Below the pieces are notes generated by a model. It searched no databases and was not told where the DNA came from. It saw only the letters and a list, made by a program, of their open reading frames with translations. From positions 1 through 64,000 of the forward strand of contig BTUM01000029.1 of assembly GCA_045863235.1 (NCBI GenBank): 64,000 bases of DNA. The letters are read 5' to 3'. Shown piece after piece: positions 30,237-39,812 of the stretch; positions within the stretch are counted from its first letter, which is position 1; each line of letters opens with the position of its first letter. This stretch comes from Candidatus Xenobia bacterium (GTDB lineage: Bacteria > Vulcanimicrobiota > Xenobia > Xenobiales > QWHO01). The translations under genes were made by a program, and so were the position numbers.

Positions 30237-32508
30237 CCTGCTCGAGCAGAGCCGTACCCGCGACGCGCTGAAAGCCGCCCTGGCACGCTCGAAGGAGCGC
30301 CCCATCCGGGGACTGCTGCCCACCCTGGCCTTCCTCAACGAGGAGCGCAGGCTGGGGCTGCGGTGGATCCACCGCCTGTGCGACGAGGACGAGAACGTGC
30401 CCCAGCTCTGCCGACTGGCTCACCTGGCGGCCCAGGTGGGAGCCTTCAAGCTGGCCGACCGCTGTCTGGAGAAAGCCCGCCGCCTGGGGAGCGAGGAAGG
30501 CTTGCTGCGGGCCGAGGAGCTGCGCCAGGCCCGTCTGCGGGGTAAGTTCCGCCAGGCCTACCGGCTGGCCGAAGACCCCGAGGAGAAGGCATCCCTGGCT
30601 GCCCGGCTGGGCAAGATGGAGCAGGCCCTGGACCTCTACGCCCGCGTTGGCGGCGCCTACGGCCATCACCAGCGGGCCGAGGTGTTTCTACGCCGGGGCG
30701 ATCAGGGGGCTGCCCGCCGGGAGCTGAAGAAGGCGCTCCAGGAAGACCCGGGCTACCTCTGGTCGCGCTGGCGCCAGGCCCAGGCGCTGGCCCTCAAAGG
30801 GGATCTCCCCGCCGCTCTGGCCGAGTTGGAGCGGATCGACCCCGACTTTCTCCAGCGCGCCGACCTCTTGCGCGCCGCCTGGCTCGAGCGCCTCGAGCGG
30901 CACGAGGAGGCCGAGCGGTTGCGCCGTCCGTACGCCTCGCCGCTGGTGCTGAGGAGGCTGCGCGAGCTGCGCGCCGGGGGACTGATGGAGTGGCGCCAGT
31001 ACAGCGGGCGCGAGCGGGCCGTGCAGCTCACGGTGCACGTGCTGGGCGAGCTCGACCCATCCGGGTTGAAGGCCTGGTTCGAGCGCGAGCTGCCCTACAC
31101 GCGCTGGGACTTCAAGCCAGGCAAGGTCTACGGCCTGCTCGATTTCGAGGAGCTGAGCGGGCATGTGCTGCGCTCCAACAAGCTGGCCGTGGGACGACTC
31201 TCGCGCATCAAGCGGGTTCCCGAGGAGCACGGCATCCTGGTGGTGGTGCCGGGCGAGGCCCCCTGGCGGGCCAACCGCGGCTTCGGTGGCAGCCGGCTGG
31301 CGCTGGTGGAGGCCGACCCGGAGGACCTCTACCTCGAGTCGGTGGTGGCCCACGAGCTGGGCCACGCCCTGCTCGGTCTACAGCACAACGACGGGCTGAA
31401 ATTCTACGAGGACGCCTTCTGCCTGATGGGTTACCCGGGCTCGATGTCTCCCCTCGAGCTGAGCTATCTGGACTTTCGCCAGAAGGCCGCCATGATGACC
31501 TTTCCGGGCCGGGCCGACCGGGTCGAGGAGGCCTGGGAGCTGGAGAACAAGGGCTTCTTCGACCGGGCCGAGCGCGAGTACCGCGAGATCCTGCGGCGCG
31601 ACCCGCTCGATCACTGGGTGCGCGGTCGGCTGGCCCGCCTGGCGCTGGGCCACGAGCGCCCCCAGGAAGGCTTCAAGCGCGTGCGCCAGCTGCGCCGCCG
31701 GGACCTGAGCTACGAGCTGGCCGCCTGGCAGGGCGAGCTGCTGGTGCGGCACGGTCACAGCGAGCTGCCCGGCTATCCTGACCACGACCCGGGCGCCCGG
31801 CTGGCCCGGGGCCGAGCTCGGCTGCGCGCTCTGGACTACAAGGGCGGTGCCTTCGACCTCCACGTCAGCTACGGTCTGTCGCCCGAGTCGAAGGAGGCGA
31901 TCTTCAGCCTGGCATGCCTTGCCCTGGAGCGCGGCCAGTTCGCACGCGCCGAGCAAGGCTTCAAACGCTGTCTGAAGGCCTGGCCCAACTGGGGAGAGGC
32001 CTGGCGCCGCCTGGCCCTGGGTCAGGCCGAGCAAGGCCGCTACCACGAGGCCGAGAAGCTCCTGTGGAAGGCCAACTGGCTGCAGCAAGACTCGGCCGAC
32101 CACGCCTGGCACGAAGGCCAGCTGGCCTGGCTGAGGGGCGACTTCGACAAGAGCAGGCGCGATTTCGCGCGCTGTCAGCGCTGGGCCCCGGAAGAGCAGG
32201 TGCCCCACTATCACCTGGGCTACTGGGAGATCTGTATCAACGGACCGCGCCGGGCGGTTTCGCGCCACTTCGCGCACTGCCATCGCCAGGACCCCAGCAC
32301 CTTCCTGGGCCGAGCCAGCGCCGCCTGGCTGGCCGCTCTCGAGGGGCGAGGCGAGCAGGCGCGCGAGCTGGCCGCCCCGCTCTTGCGGCGCGTTCCCAGG
32401 CACGGGCCGCTGGTCTACCTCATGGTTTTTCTGGGAGAGGCGTGGGAAGAGCGGCTGCGCGGGCTGGAGCCCAACCACCCTCGGCTGGACAGCCCGTTCC
32501 TGACGTAA
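30220..32508 (+). CDS. TPR-repeat protein with a central metzincin-like zinc metalloprotease motif
   Basis: VAHELGHALLGLQH followed by Met-turn CLMGY, flanked by TPR-like helices. Confidence 0.7.
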   Translation: MRRILDLLEQSRTRDALKAALARSKERPIRGLLPTLAFLNEERRLGLRWIHRLCDEDENVPQLCRLAHLAAQVGAFKLADRCLEKARRLGSEEGLLRAEELRQARLRGKFRQAYRLAEDPEEKASLAARLGKMEQALDLYARVGGAYGHHQRAEVFLRRGDQGAARRELKKALQEDPGYLWSRWRQAQALALKGDLPAALAELERIDPDFLQRADLLRAAWLERLERHEEAERLRRPYASPLVLRRLRELRAGGLMEWRQYSGRERAVQLTVHVLGELDPSGLKAWFERELPYTRWDFKPGKVYGLLDFEELSGHVLRSNKLAVGRLSRIKRVPEEHGILVVVPGEAPWRANRGFGGSRLALVEADPEDLYLESVVAHELGHALLGLQHNDGLKFYEDAFCLMGYPGSMSPLELSYLDFRQKAAMMTFPGRADRVEEAWELENKGFFDRAEREYREILRRDPLDHWVRGRLARLALGHERPQEGFKRVRQLRRRDLSYELAAWQGELLVRHGHSELPGYPDHDPGARLARGRARLRALDYKGGAFDLHVSYGLSPESKEAIFSLACLALERGQFARAEQGFKRCLKAWPNWGEAWRRLALGQAEQGRYHEAEKLLWKANWLQQDSADHAWHEGQLAWLRGDFDKSRRDFARCQRWAPEEQVPHYHLGYWEICINGPRRAVSRHFAHCHRQDPSTFLGRASAAWLAALEGRGEQARELAAPLLRRVPRHGPLVYLMVFLGEAWEERLRGLEPNHPRLDSPFLT

Positions 32509-32514
32509 CTCGGT

Positions 32515-32892
32515 TCAGGCCATCAGGATGTCTGCAGGGTAGCGAGCCAGTTGCGTGTCGGCAGTCAGGAGCCAGGCAGACTCGCAGACAGACTGGGCGA
32601 CCAGCAAGCGATCGAACGGGTCGCGATGAATGGGAGGGAGGGCGGCCACAGCTGCGCCATGGTGAGCGGTCACCGGTAAGTGCGTGAACCCGCTCCCTTC
32701 GACTCCGGCGATCAGATCCAGGGGGTCGACCTCGAGCTTGCCCGTTCCGACCTTGATGGCGGCCTCCCAGATCGACGCCGCACTGATCACAACGGCTTGA
32801 GCATTCAAGATGTGGCCACGAGCCAGGGGGGTCAGTCGCGGCGAGTCCTCCAGATACCAAAGATACACCTGGGTATCGAGCAGCAGCTTCAC
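32515..32892 (-). CDS. vapC: VapC-family PIN-domain toxin
   Basis: MKLLLDTQ, SAASIWE, HRDPFDRLLVAQ, LLTAD. Confidence 0.92.
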   Translation of the reverse strand: MKLLLDTQVYLWYLEDSPRLTPLARGHILNAQAVVISAASIWEAAIKVGTGKLEVDPLDLIAGVEGSGFTHLPVTAHHGAAVAALPPIHRDPFDRLLVAQSVCESAWLLTADTQLARYPADILMA

Positions 32893-33119
32893 GACTCGAA
32901 GAGCCCGAGCAGATCGTCGGGCAAAGGTGCATCAAAGTCGTCGGCAATTCGAATGCGACCTTTCAAAAACCCGGGCCGGCGGGGCGCGGGCTCTTCATAG
33001 GGAACCAGCCGCGCGACGGGCTTTCCGGCCCGGGCGATGATGATAGTCTTTCCCTGGCTGACCTCCTCCAGCAACCTGGAGAGATGGGTCTTGGCCGCGT
33101 GGATGTTGACGGTTTCCAA
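32889..33119 (-). CDS. Phd/YefM-family antitoxin
   Basis: VNIHAAKTHLSRLLEEV...IIARAGKPVARLVP. TTG start at 33119 after GGAGG. GTGA overlap with vapC. Confidence 0.9.
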   Translation of the reverse strand: METVNIHAAKTHLSRLLEEVSQGKTIIIARAGKPVARLVPYEEPAPRRPGFLKGRIRIADDFDAPLPDDLLGLFES

Positions 33120-33386
33120 GCTGGCGCACCTCCAAACCAAACTTAGTTTAGTCTACAAAATGGGTCCTCGTCCAGATGTTGACCAAATCTTCGGGCACTG
33201 GGGCGCATGTTCGACACAAAGCTCAGAGAACGCTTCGTTGCGGTCTTGCTTGTTTCGATTTTTGAACCGCCGGTTCATTTCGAGAAAGCTTGTTCGCCAT
33301 GAATTCTGGCCCACGATGTCTCCCAGCAAGAACCTGCGCTTGATCCCGCTTCGAGCAGTTGCCCCTTTTAGAGCGAAGCGCGTTGG

Positions 33387-33578
33387 CTACAGGACGAGTC
33401 TTTTCCACCGGACTGTTTGAAAAATCCGGCAGCGCACGACCTCGCTCAGGCGGAGCACCTCGAAAACGGCCTCCCGCTCCCCGTGGTCCTCCAGCCCGGG
33501 CGCAAAGAGACCCCCCCAGCTCGCCTGCTCTTGCAGGCGCTGCCAGACCTCAAGCCTCTGGAGAGTCCACAGGCGCAT
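33387..33578 (-). pseudogene. Probable internally deleted DUF3841-like gene remnant
   Basis: 63 aa. The start MRLWTLQRLEVWQRLQEQ and the end EAVFEVLRLSEV resemble my recollection of the two ends of DUF3841 proteins, with the middle missing. Confidence 0.4.
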
Positions 33579-33921
33579 CGGCCTGCCTCCGCCCCGCCTC
33601 CAGCTCGCGCTGCAGGAAATAGTTCAAGAACGTCCGCACCACCGCCAGCGTGGCCAGCTTGGCCAGGGCCTCGAAGGAGGGAGCCACGGTGGTGCCCACG
33701 ATATCGGCTCCCAGCTGGAACTCGAGGGCCAGGGCCAGCCAGCTGCCAAAGCGCAGGCGCAGAGCCGAGAAACCCAGCTCATGCGGCCGCCGGCTGGCCG
33801 CCAGCCGCAGCGTGCTGACCAGGCCCAGCGCCACGCACAGGGCCGAAATCGCTTCCAGCAAGAACTTGAGCAGGCCGACCGCCACGGTCAGGCCGTTCTC
33901 GAGGGGTTGCAGCCATTCCAC
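33550..33921 (-). CDS. DUF1622 membrane protein
   Basis: LRLRFGSWLALALEFQLGADIVGTTVAPS...VVRTFLNYFLQRE. Start uncertain (GTG 33921 or ATG 33984). Confidence 0.85.
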   Translation of the reverse strand: MEWLQPLENGLTVAVGLLKFLLEAISALCVALGLVSTLRLAASRRPHELGFSALRLRFGSWLALALEFQLGADIVGTTVAPSFEALAKLATLAVVRTFLNYFLQRELEAGRRQADAPVDSPEA

Positions 33922-33999
33922 GGGCTCTGGCTTCCCGGCAACCACACGGTAACCCTCCGGCAACCATTTCTGGTGCCTGTTCATGATTGACTGTTGGCT

Positions 34000-35664
34000 A
34001 TGAACGTGACCGGACTGCCGACCGCCCGCAAGAAATGGACCATCCTCTACTACATGGATGGCAAGAACAACCTCTCCAAGATGATCGAGCGCTCGGCCAG
34101 CTCGCTCGAGAAGGTGGGCTCGGACCCCAACGTCAACCTGGTGGCCGAGATCGGGCTGGCCGGCATGGACGAGGTCAAGCGCGGCGAGCTGGTCAAAGGC
34201 CAGGGCCTGGCCGAGCTTCACAGCATCGGCTCGCAGGACATGGGCAGCGCCAGTACGGTGCAAGACTTCGTCGAGTGGGGCATGCAGCGCTACCCGGCCG
34301 AGCGCTACGCGGTGGTGCTCTCCAACCACGGGGCCGGGTTCCAGGGGGTGCTCAACGACGACGAGTACGGCTCCGTGGTGCAAAACGAAGACCTGGCTCA
34401 GGCCCTGGAAGCGGCCCAGCGCAACACCGGCCAGAAGATCGAGGTGGTGGCCTTCGACGCCTGCCTGATGGCCCAGGCCGAGGTGGGCTACGCCCTGCGC
34501 AACTCGGCCAAGTACATGGTGGCCTCGGAAGAAGTCGAGGCCGGCTTCATGCTGCCAGTCCCCGGGATGAACGGCGGCATGCCGCTGCGCAAGATCGCCG
34601 AGGAGCTGCAACAGGTGCAGGGCGATCTGACCGGCGAGGAGCTCTCGCGGTTGTTCGTCTACGAAGCCGGGCGCCAGGTGGGCCGATCCAATTTCACACC
34701 CACCCAGTCGGCCATCGACCTCAAGCGCATGGGCGATGTGCGGCAGGCCAGCGAAGACCTGGCCGGGCGCCTGCTGCAGGCCATGTCGGGCGACTCCTCG
34801 GTGAAAGGCCGGCTCCGAGCGGTGATGTCGGCCACCCAGAGCTACACCGAGTGCGCCGGCACGGTGGATCCCTTCAAGGACTACCGCGACCTGGGCGACT
34901 TCAGCCGCCGCCTGTGCAAAGCGTTCCCCGACCAGCCCGGGGTCACTGCCGCCGCCCAGCGCCTGCAGCGCGAGCTGGTGGGGGCGGTGATTGCCGAATC
35001 GCACAGCGTGACCGCCTCGGGCACCTCGATGTTCGGCTCCACGGGCCTGTCGGTCTACCTGCCCACCCACTTTCAGGACAACTTCGGCTATTCGCGCACC
35101 GACTTCGCGCGCGGGTCTCAGTGGTTGCGCATGCTGCGCGTGATGTCCGAGCCCGAGACCGGTTTCAGCCTGCCCAACGCCAACGCCGGGCCGCTCAAGC
35201 TCATGCGCTCCATCGGGCGCCTGGAGCTCCCCTTCGTGGCCGCCATGGGCGGACTGGGCCCGGTGGGACCGGTGGTGGCGCTGATGGCGGGGGTGGACTC
35301 GGTCTATCGCCTCAAGGGCGGGGTGGAGAAGGTCTCCGAGGGCATCGAGGGCTTCGGGCGCAAAGGGACCACCGCCATGCTGGCCGAGGGAGCCCTGGAG
35401 ACCACCACGGGGGCGCTCACCGGAGCTGCCGCTGTCAGCTACCTCCTGGGCAATCACACCGCGGCCGCCGGGCTGGGGCTGCTCTCGCTGGGGCTCGAGC
35501 TCTCGGCCGGGGCCGTGAAGCTGGGGGGAGCCCTGGTGCGCAAGGCGGTGGACTCCACCCGCAGCGTCGAGGACAAGGTGGCGGCCACCCGCGAGAGTGG
35601 CTTCGCGCCCTCGCTCGAGCCCGCCGTGGCCCCGCCCGGAGGGCAACTGGCCCGGGCTGCCTGA
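34000..35664 (+). CDS. Clostripain-related (C11) cysteine peptidase with a C-terminal hydrophobic region
   Basis: KKWTILYYMDGKNNL, YPAERYAVVLSNHGAG (His), FDACLMA (Cys), VASEE. TTG 33994 is an alternative start. Confidence 0.9.
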   Translation: MNVTGLPTARKKWTILYYMDGKNNLSKMIERSASSLEKVGSDPNVNLVAEIGLAGMDEVKRGELVKGQGLAELHSIGSQDMGSASTVQDFVEWGMQRYPAERYAVVLSNHGAGFQGVLNDDEYGSVVQNEDLAQALEAAQRNTGQKIEVVAFDACLMAQAEVGYALRNSAKYMVASEEVEAGFMLPVPGMNGGMPLRKIAEELQQVQGDLTGEELSRLFVYEAGRQVGRSNFTPTQSAIDLKRMGDVRQASEDLAGRLLQAMSGDSSVKGRLRAVMSATQSYTECAGTVDPFKDYRDLGDFSRRLCKAFPDQPGVTAAAQRLQRELVGAVIAESHSVTASGTSMFGSTGLSVYLPTHFQDNFGYSRTDFARGSQWLRMLRVMSEPETGFSLPNANAGPLKLMRSIGRLELPFVAAMGGLGPVGPVVALMAGVDSVYRLKGGVEKVSEGIEGFGRKGTTAMLAEGALETTTGALTGAAAVSYLLGNHTAAAGLGLLSLGLELSAGAVKLGGALVRKAVDSTRSVEDKVAATRESGFAPSLEPAVAPPGGQLARAA

Positions 35665-35730
35665 GCCGGATAATCCGGCACAGAAGGTCGGATTGTCCGG
35701 ACAATCGAACCCTAAGGGAATGATTGTCCG
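35665..35730. promoter_or_regulatory. Palindromic operator cluster upstream of the AAA-DUF4143 gene
   Basis: GCCGGAT-A-ATCCGGC (35665-35679), perfect GATTGTCCGGACAATC (35691-35706) and a half site GATTGTCCG (35722-35730). Confidence 0.6.
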
Positions 35731-36868
35731 CCAGTTTCAGTTGCCCGACCAGGACGATCGCTCGGTCTTCCTCTGGGGCCCTCGCAAGACCGGCAAGAGC
35801 AGCTGGATCAAAACCCACCTGCCGCAGGCGAAGGTCATCGATCTGCTCCAGACCGACGTCTACTTCGAGTACGTGCGCCGTCCAGCGCTGCTGCGAGAAC
35901 GCTACCAGCCGAGTCCGCTGGTCGTGATTGACGAGGTGCAAAAGGTGCCCGCCCTGCTCGACGAGGTGCACTGGCTGATCGAGAATCGGGGCGCCCGCTT
36001 TCTGCTGACCGGGTCGAGCCCGCGCAAGCTGCTGCGCGGCCAGGCCAATCTGCTCGGAGGGCGCGCCTGGCGTCGAGAGATGCGACCTTTGTGCTTGCGC
36101 GAGCTGCTCGACCACAAGCCTGCCCTGGACCTGGAGGATCTGATGGTGCGAGGCACCCTCCCGCCCCACTTTCTGGCCAGGCGACCGCTGGAAGACCTGG
36201 CCAGCTATGTGGGCGACTACCTCAAGGAGGAGATCGCAGCCGAGGGCCTGACCCGCAATTTGCCGGCCTTCTCGGACTTCCTCCGGGTGGCCGCCCTGAG
36301 CAACGGCGAGCTGATCAACTACGAGAACATCGCTCGCGAATGTGCCGTTTCCGCCAGATCGGCCCGCAGCTACTACCAGATCTTGAGCGATACGCTGCTG
36401 GGCGCCGCGCTGCCTCCCTGGCGGGCCAGCCAACGGCGCATGATCCAGACGGACAAGTTCTATCTCTTCGAAGTTGGGGTGACCAACTTTCTCTCGCGAC
36501 GAACTCCCCGCATCGGCACCCCCGAGTTCGGCCGCTCCTTCGAGCAACTGGTCTGGGCCGAGCTGCTGGCCTTCCGCTCGTACCGTCGACGCGATCTCGA
36601 GCTCTTCTACTGGCGCACCTCGACAGGCATGGAGGTGGACTTCGTTCTGGTGGACCGGGTCGCCGCCATCGAGGTCAAAGCCTCCAGCCGGGTGCACGAG
36701 ACCGACCTCAAGGGCCTGACGGCCCTGGCCGATGACGCTCCGGTAGGTCGGCGCCTGCTGGTCTGCCTGGAGCGCGAGCCCCGCCAGTTAAGCGATCGCC
36801 ACGGCCAGGTGCTGGTTCTTCCCTGGGGCCACTTCGTGGACCGGCTCTGGGCCGACGCTCTCTGGTAG
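35720..36868 (+). CDS. AAA_14 ATPase with a DUF4143 domain
   Basis: Walker A GPRKTGKS, Walker B VVIDEVQK, LTGSS, KFYLFEVG and YWRT...EVDF...IEVK. Confidence 0.9.
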   Translation: MIVRQFQLPDQDDRSVFLWGPRKTGKSSWIKTHLPQAKVIDLLQTDVYFEYVRRPALLRERYQPSPLVVIDEVQKVPALLDEVHWLIENRGARFLLTGSSPRKLLRGQANLLGGRAWRREMRPLCLRELLDHKPALDLEDLMVRGTLPPHFLARRPLEDLASYVGDYLKEEIAAEGLTRNLPAFSDFLRVAALSNGELINYENIARECAVSARSARSYYQILSDTLLGAALPPWRASQRRMIQTDKFYLFEVGVTNFLSRRTPRIGTPEFGRSFEQLVWAELLAFRSYRRRDLELFYWRTSTGMEVDFVLVDRVAAIEVKASSRVHETDLKGLTALADDAPVGRRLLVCLEREPRQLSDRHGQVLVLPWGHFVDRLWADALW

Positions 36869-36869
36869 T

Positions 36870-36903
36870 CCTTCAGCAGCCTTTCAGACCGGTCCCCTAA
36901 GCT
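36870..36903 (+). promoter_or_regulatory. Direct-repeat box promoter (CCTTCAG-N4-CTTTCAG-N10-TAAGCT-N6-ATG)
   Basis: TTCAG 36872-36876, CTTTCAG 36881-36887, TAAGCT 36898-36903, ATG 36910. Confidence 0.7.
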
Positions 36904-36909
36904 GGGAGC

Positions 36910-38466
36910 ATGATCGGTGCCCTGTCGCCCATGGCCAACTTTGCCAGCTTACCCATTCGGGCGACCGCATCTCGCCCGGAGCAGGGCCCGCCGGCCGAGG
37001 CGAGCCCCGAGGTGGAGTGGCTGCGCAGCAAGGTGCCCGGAGGCAAGCCCGAAGAGCTGCTCGGCCTCTACCAGTTGGGGCGCAAGCTCTTCTCCGAAGA
37101 CCAGCCCCAGCGCGACCAGATGCTGGCCGAGAGCCTGCAACGGCTGCACGAGCGGATCGACCAGCCGAAGGGCTTCATGGCCGACGTCCCGCGTAACGAG
37201 CGCGTCCACATCTACGAGCGGCTGGTCGAGGCCTGCCCTCCGAAGCCCGAGTGGGTGCTCGACCACTCCGACGTCTTTAGGCCCCTGGAGCATCTGCACA
37301 AGCTCGCCAACCTGAGCGAGGAGTCGGTCCAGGGCTTCCAGGTCGGTCCCAGCGGGAACTACACCTTCGTGCAAAAGCCATCTGGGCAGCCCATCTCGCT
37401 GACCCGGGCGGTGGACGAGTACTGCGAGCAGCTCGATCGCATCACCCATGCCCGAGGCCGCAAGTCGGCCGCCCAGGATTGGAGCGACGACCACTCCGCC
37501 TGGAGCGCGGTCAACCTCGAGCACAACGCGCTCGGTAACGATCCTGAGCAGGTGGCCACCTTCCGCGAGCTGCTCAGCTTCTACCAGTGCCCCTGGGCCT
37601 CGATGGCCGTGCTGCAAACCTCTCAGGGGGTTGCCGAGCAGCGTCGAGCGGAGTATTTCCAGGAGCTCGAGCAGCGCATGGTCACCCGGCGCGACGAGAA
37701 GGGCTGGCCCCAGAGCCACCTCGAGGCCAACGCCGAGGGCGGCTTTGTGCACCATGTGAGCCGCTGGGTGGCCCTGGCGGTGACGGCCCGACGCGAGGGA
37801 GAAAGTCTGGCCGCCAGCGAGCAAGACCTGGAGGCGGCCGCCCGGAGCATGGACCGCGACCTCCGCCGGTGGTATCCGCTGGAGACCCTGGCGGCCGCGG
37901 TGACGATCCGGACCCCCGAGGAGAGCACCACCAGCGCGCTCGGTCGCTTTCAGAGCGCCTACCAGCTCTTGCAAGAGCAGCCCGGGATGAGCGCCTCCAC
38001 GGCCTTTGACATGGCTCGCCAGATCGGCTCGCAAAACCCTGGCTTCCTGGACGACCTGGCCGAGTGCAGCGCCTACCTGCGCTCGCTGGGTCTACCCAGG
38101 GAGCACACCGCCGCGGCCCTGGAGCACGCTTTGCAGGCCGACAAGCAGGGCCGAAGCCCGCTCGAAGCGCTGCGCGGCTACCTCAAGGGCTTCGAGCTCA
38201 CGGGCGAGTTGGACGGCCTGGACAAAGTCCGCCAGCAGATCGAGGAAGGCGTCCAGACGGGGCGCCTGCAGGGCAGCTCCGAGGAGCTGATGTCACGCTT
38301 TCTCTGGCGCCTCGAGCAGCTGCAGCTTCTCACCAGCGACCGTCGCGGCTCGACTCAGCAGGCCCTGAGCGAGCTGTTCGAAGGGCATACGGCCGGCCTT
38401 CAGGTGGGCCAGGTGGGTCAGAGCTTCGTTCTGGGCGGCACCCGTCTCAAGCTGAAGAGCCGATGA
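36910..38466 (+). CDS. Alpha-helical hypothetical protein with the shared C-terminal motif
   Basis: 518 aa with a Ser/Pro-rich N-terminus. Ends in VGQVGQSFVLGGTRLKLKSR. Confidence 0.7.
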   Translation: MIGALSPMANFASLPIRATASRPEQGPPAEASPEVEWLRSKVPGGKPEELLGLYQLGRKLFSEDQPQRDQMLAESLQRLHERIDQPKGFMADVPRNERVHIYERLVEACPPKPEWVLDHSDVFRPLEHLHKLANLSEESVQGFQVGPSGNYTFVQKPSGQPISLTRAVDEYCEQLDRITHARGRKSAAQDWSDDHSAWSAVNLEHNALGNDPEQVATFRELLSFYQCPWASMAVLQTSQGVAEQRRAEYFQELEQRMVTRRDEKGWPQSHLEANAEGGFVHHVSRWVALAVTARREGESLAASEQDLEAAARSMDRDLRRWYPLETLAAAVTIRTPEESTTSALGRFQSAYQLLQEQPGMSASTAFDMARQIGSQNPGFLDDLAECSAYLRSLGLPREHTAAALEHALQADKQGRSPLEALRGYLKGFELTGELDGLDKVRQQIEEGVQTGRLQGSSEELMSRFLWRLEQLQLLTSDRRGSTQQALSELFEGHTAGLQVGQVGQSFVLGGTRLKLKSR

Positions 38467-39812
38467 GCCAGCCTGTTGGCGGCCTGGCCGAGCCCGAGGT
38501 CCGCAAGCCGGGGTTGCTCGACCCCCCGCCCCCCGCCCCACCGGTTCCCGCCGAGCAGGTCCGCCCGCTCTTTCGCTACTGGCGTTTGCGCCTGCTCAGC
38601 TCCACCTTCATCGGCTATGCCGTCTACTACATCGTGCGCACCAACCTGCCCGTGGCCATCAAGGACATGGGCCGCGAGCTGAACATCGACAAGGGCGGAC
38701 AGGGCATCATCCTGACCGTGCACGGGCTGGTCTACGGGGTCTCCAAGCTGTTCAACGGCATGATCGCCGACCGCACCAACCCGCGCATCCTGATGTCCAT
38801 CGGCATCCTCTGCTCGGGGGTGGCGTGCTTCACCTTTGGTCTTTGCCACACCCTGACGGCGCTGGTGGTGGTGTGGGCCCTCAACGCCTGGTTCCAGGGC
38901 ATGGGGTTCCCGCCCGTGGCCCGCATCCTCAGCCACTGGTTCAGCCCCGGCGAGCGCGGCGTGAGCTGGGGCATCTTCAACACCTCCCATATGTTCGGAG
39001 CCGCCATCGCGGCCGGGCTGTCCGGCTGGCTCCTGCACCACTACGGTTGGCGCTCGGTCTTCTTCGTGCCAGCCGGGATCGCGGTGCTGTGCTGCTTCTT
39101 CCTGCTCGACCGGCTGCGCGACACGCCCGCCTCGCTGGGCCTTCCCCCGGTCGAGGTCTACTCGGGCGAGACCGAGCTCGAGCACGCCGGCGAGCCCGAG
39201 CGCGAGCTGAGCTCGAGCGAGTTCAAGGCCTTCGTCTACAAGCACGTGTGGGCCAATCCCACCATCTGGATCCTCTCGCTGGCCAACTTCAACGTCTACG
39301 TGGTGCGCTACGCCTTCCTCAACTGGGGCCCCACCTATCTGCAGGAGGCGCGCCACTTCAGCAAGATCGCCAGCGGCGGCATGGTGGGCGCCTTCGAGGC
39401 GGCCGGGCTGGTGGGCTCGCTGGCGGCCGGAGTCATCACCGACCGGTTCTTCCCGCACCGCCGCTCGGCGGTGTGCGTGGCCTACATGCTGGGGGCCACG
39501 CTGGGCTGCTGGCTGTGCGCCCACACCGGCTTCACCAAGCTGAGCTTCATCGTGGCTGGCTTCACGGTCTACGGACCGCAATTCCTGGTAGGGGTGCTGA
39601 TGGCCGACATCGCCACCAAGCGCGCCGCCGCCACCGCCATCGGGCTGAGCGGACTGTTCGGCTACCTCTCGGGGCTGGTCAGCGGCTGGGGTATCGGGGC
39701 CCTGACCGAGCGCCACGGCTGGGACGCTGCCTTCGACCTGGTGATCGCCAGCTCGCTCCTATCGGCCCTGCTCTTCGCCATCTGTTGGCGGGCCCGCGCC
39801 CGCGAGGCCTGA
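38463..39812 (+). CDS. MFS organophosphate:phosphate antiporter (GlpT/UhpC/PgtP-like)
   Basis: FIGYAVYYIVRTN, YGVSK, NAWFQGMGFPP, HWFSPGERG, NTSH, YVVRY, YGPQ. Confidence 0.88.
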   Translation: MSQPVGGLAEPEVRKPGLLDPPPPAPPVPAEQVRPLFRYWRLRLLSSTFIGYAVYYIVRTNLPVAIKDMGRELNIDKGGQGIILTVHGLVYGVSKLFNGMIADRTNPRILMSIGILCSGVACFTFGLCHTLTALVVVWALNAWFQGMGFPPVARILSHWFSPGERGVSWGIFNTSHMFGAAIAAGLSGWLLHHYGWRSVFFVPAGIAVLCCFFLLDRLRDTPASLGLPPVEVYSGETELEHAGEPERELSSSEFKAFVYKHVWANPTIWILSLANFNVYVVRYAFLNWGPTYLQEARHFSKIASGGMVGAFEAAGLVGSLAAGVITDRFFPHRRSAVCVAYMLGATLGCWLCAHTGFTKLSFIVAGFTVYGPQFLVGVLMADIATKRAAATAIGLSGLFGYLSGLVSGWGIGALTERHGWDAAFDLVIASSLLSALLFAICWRARAREA

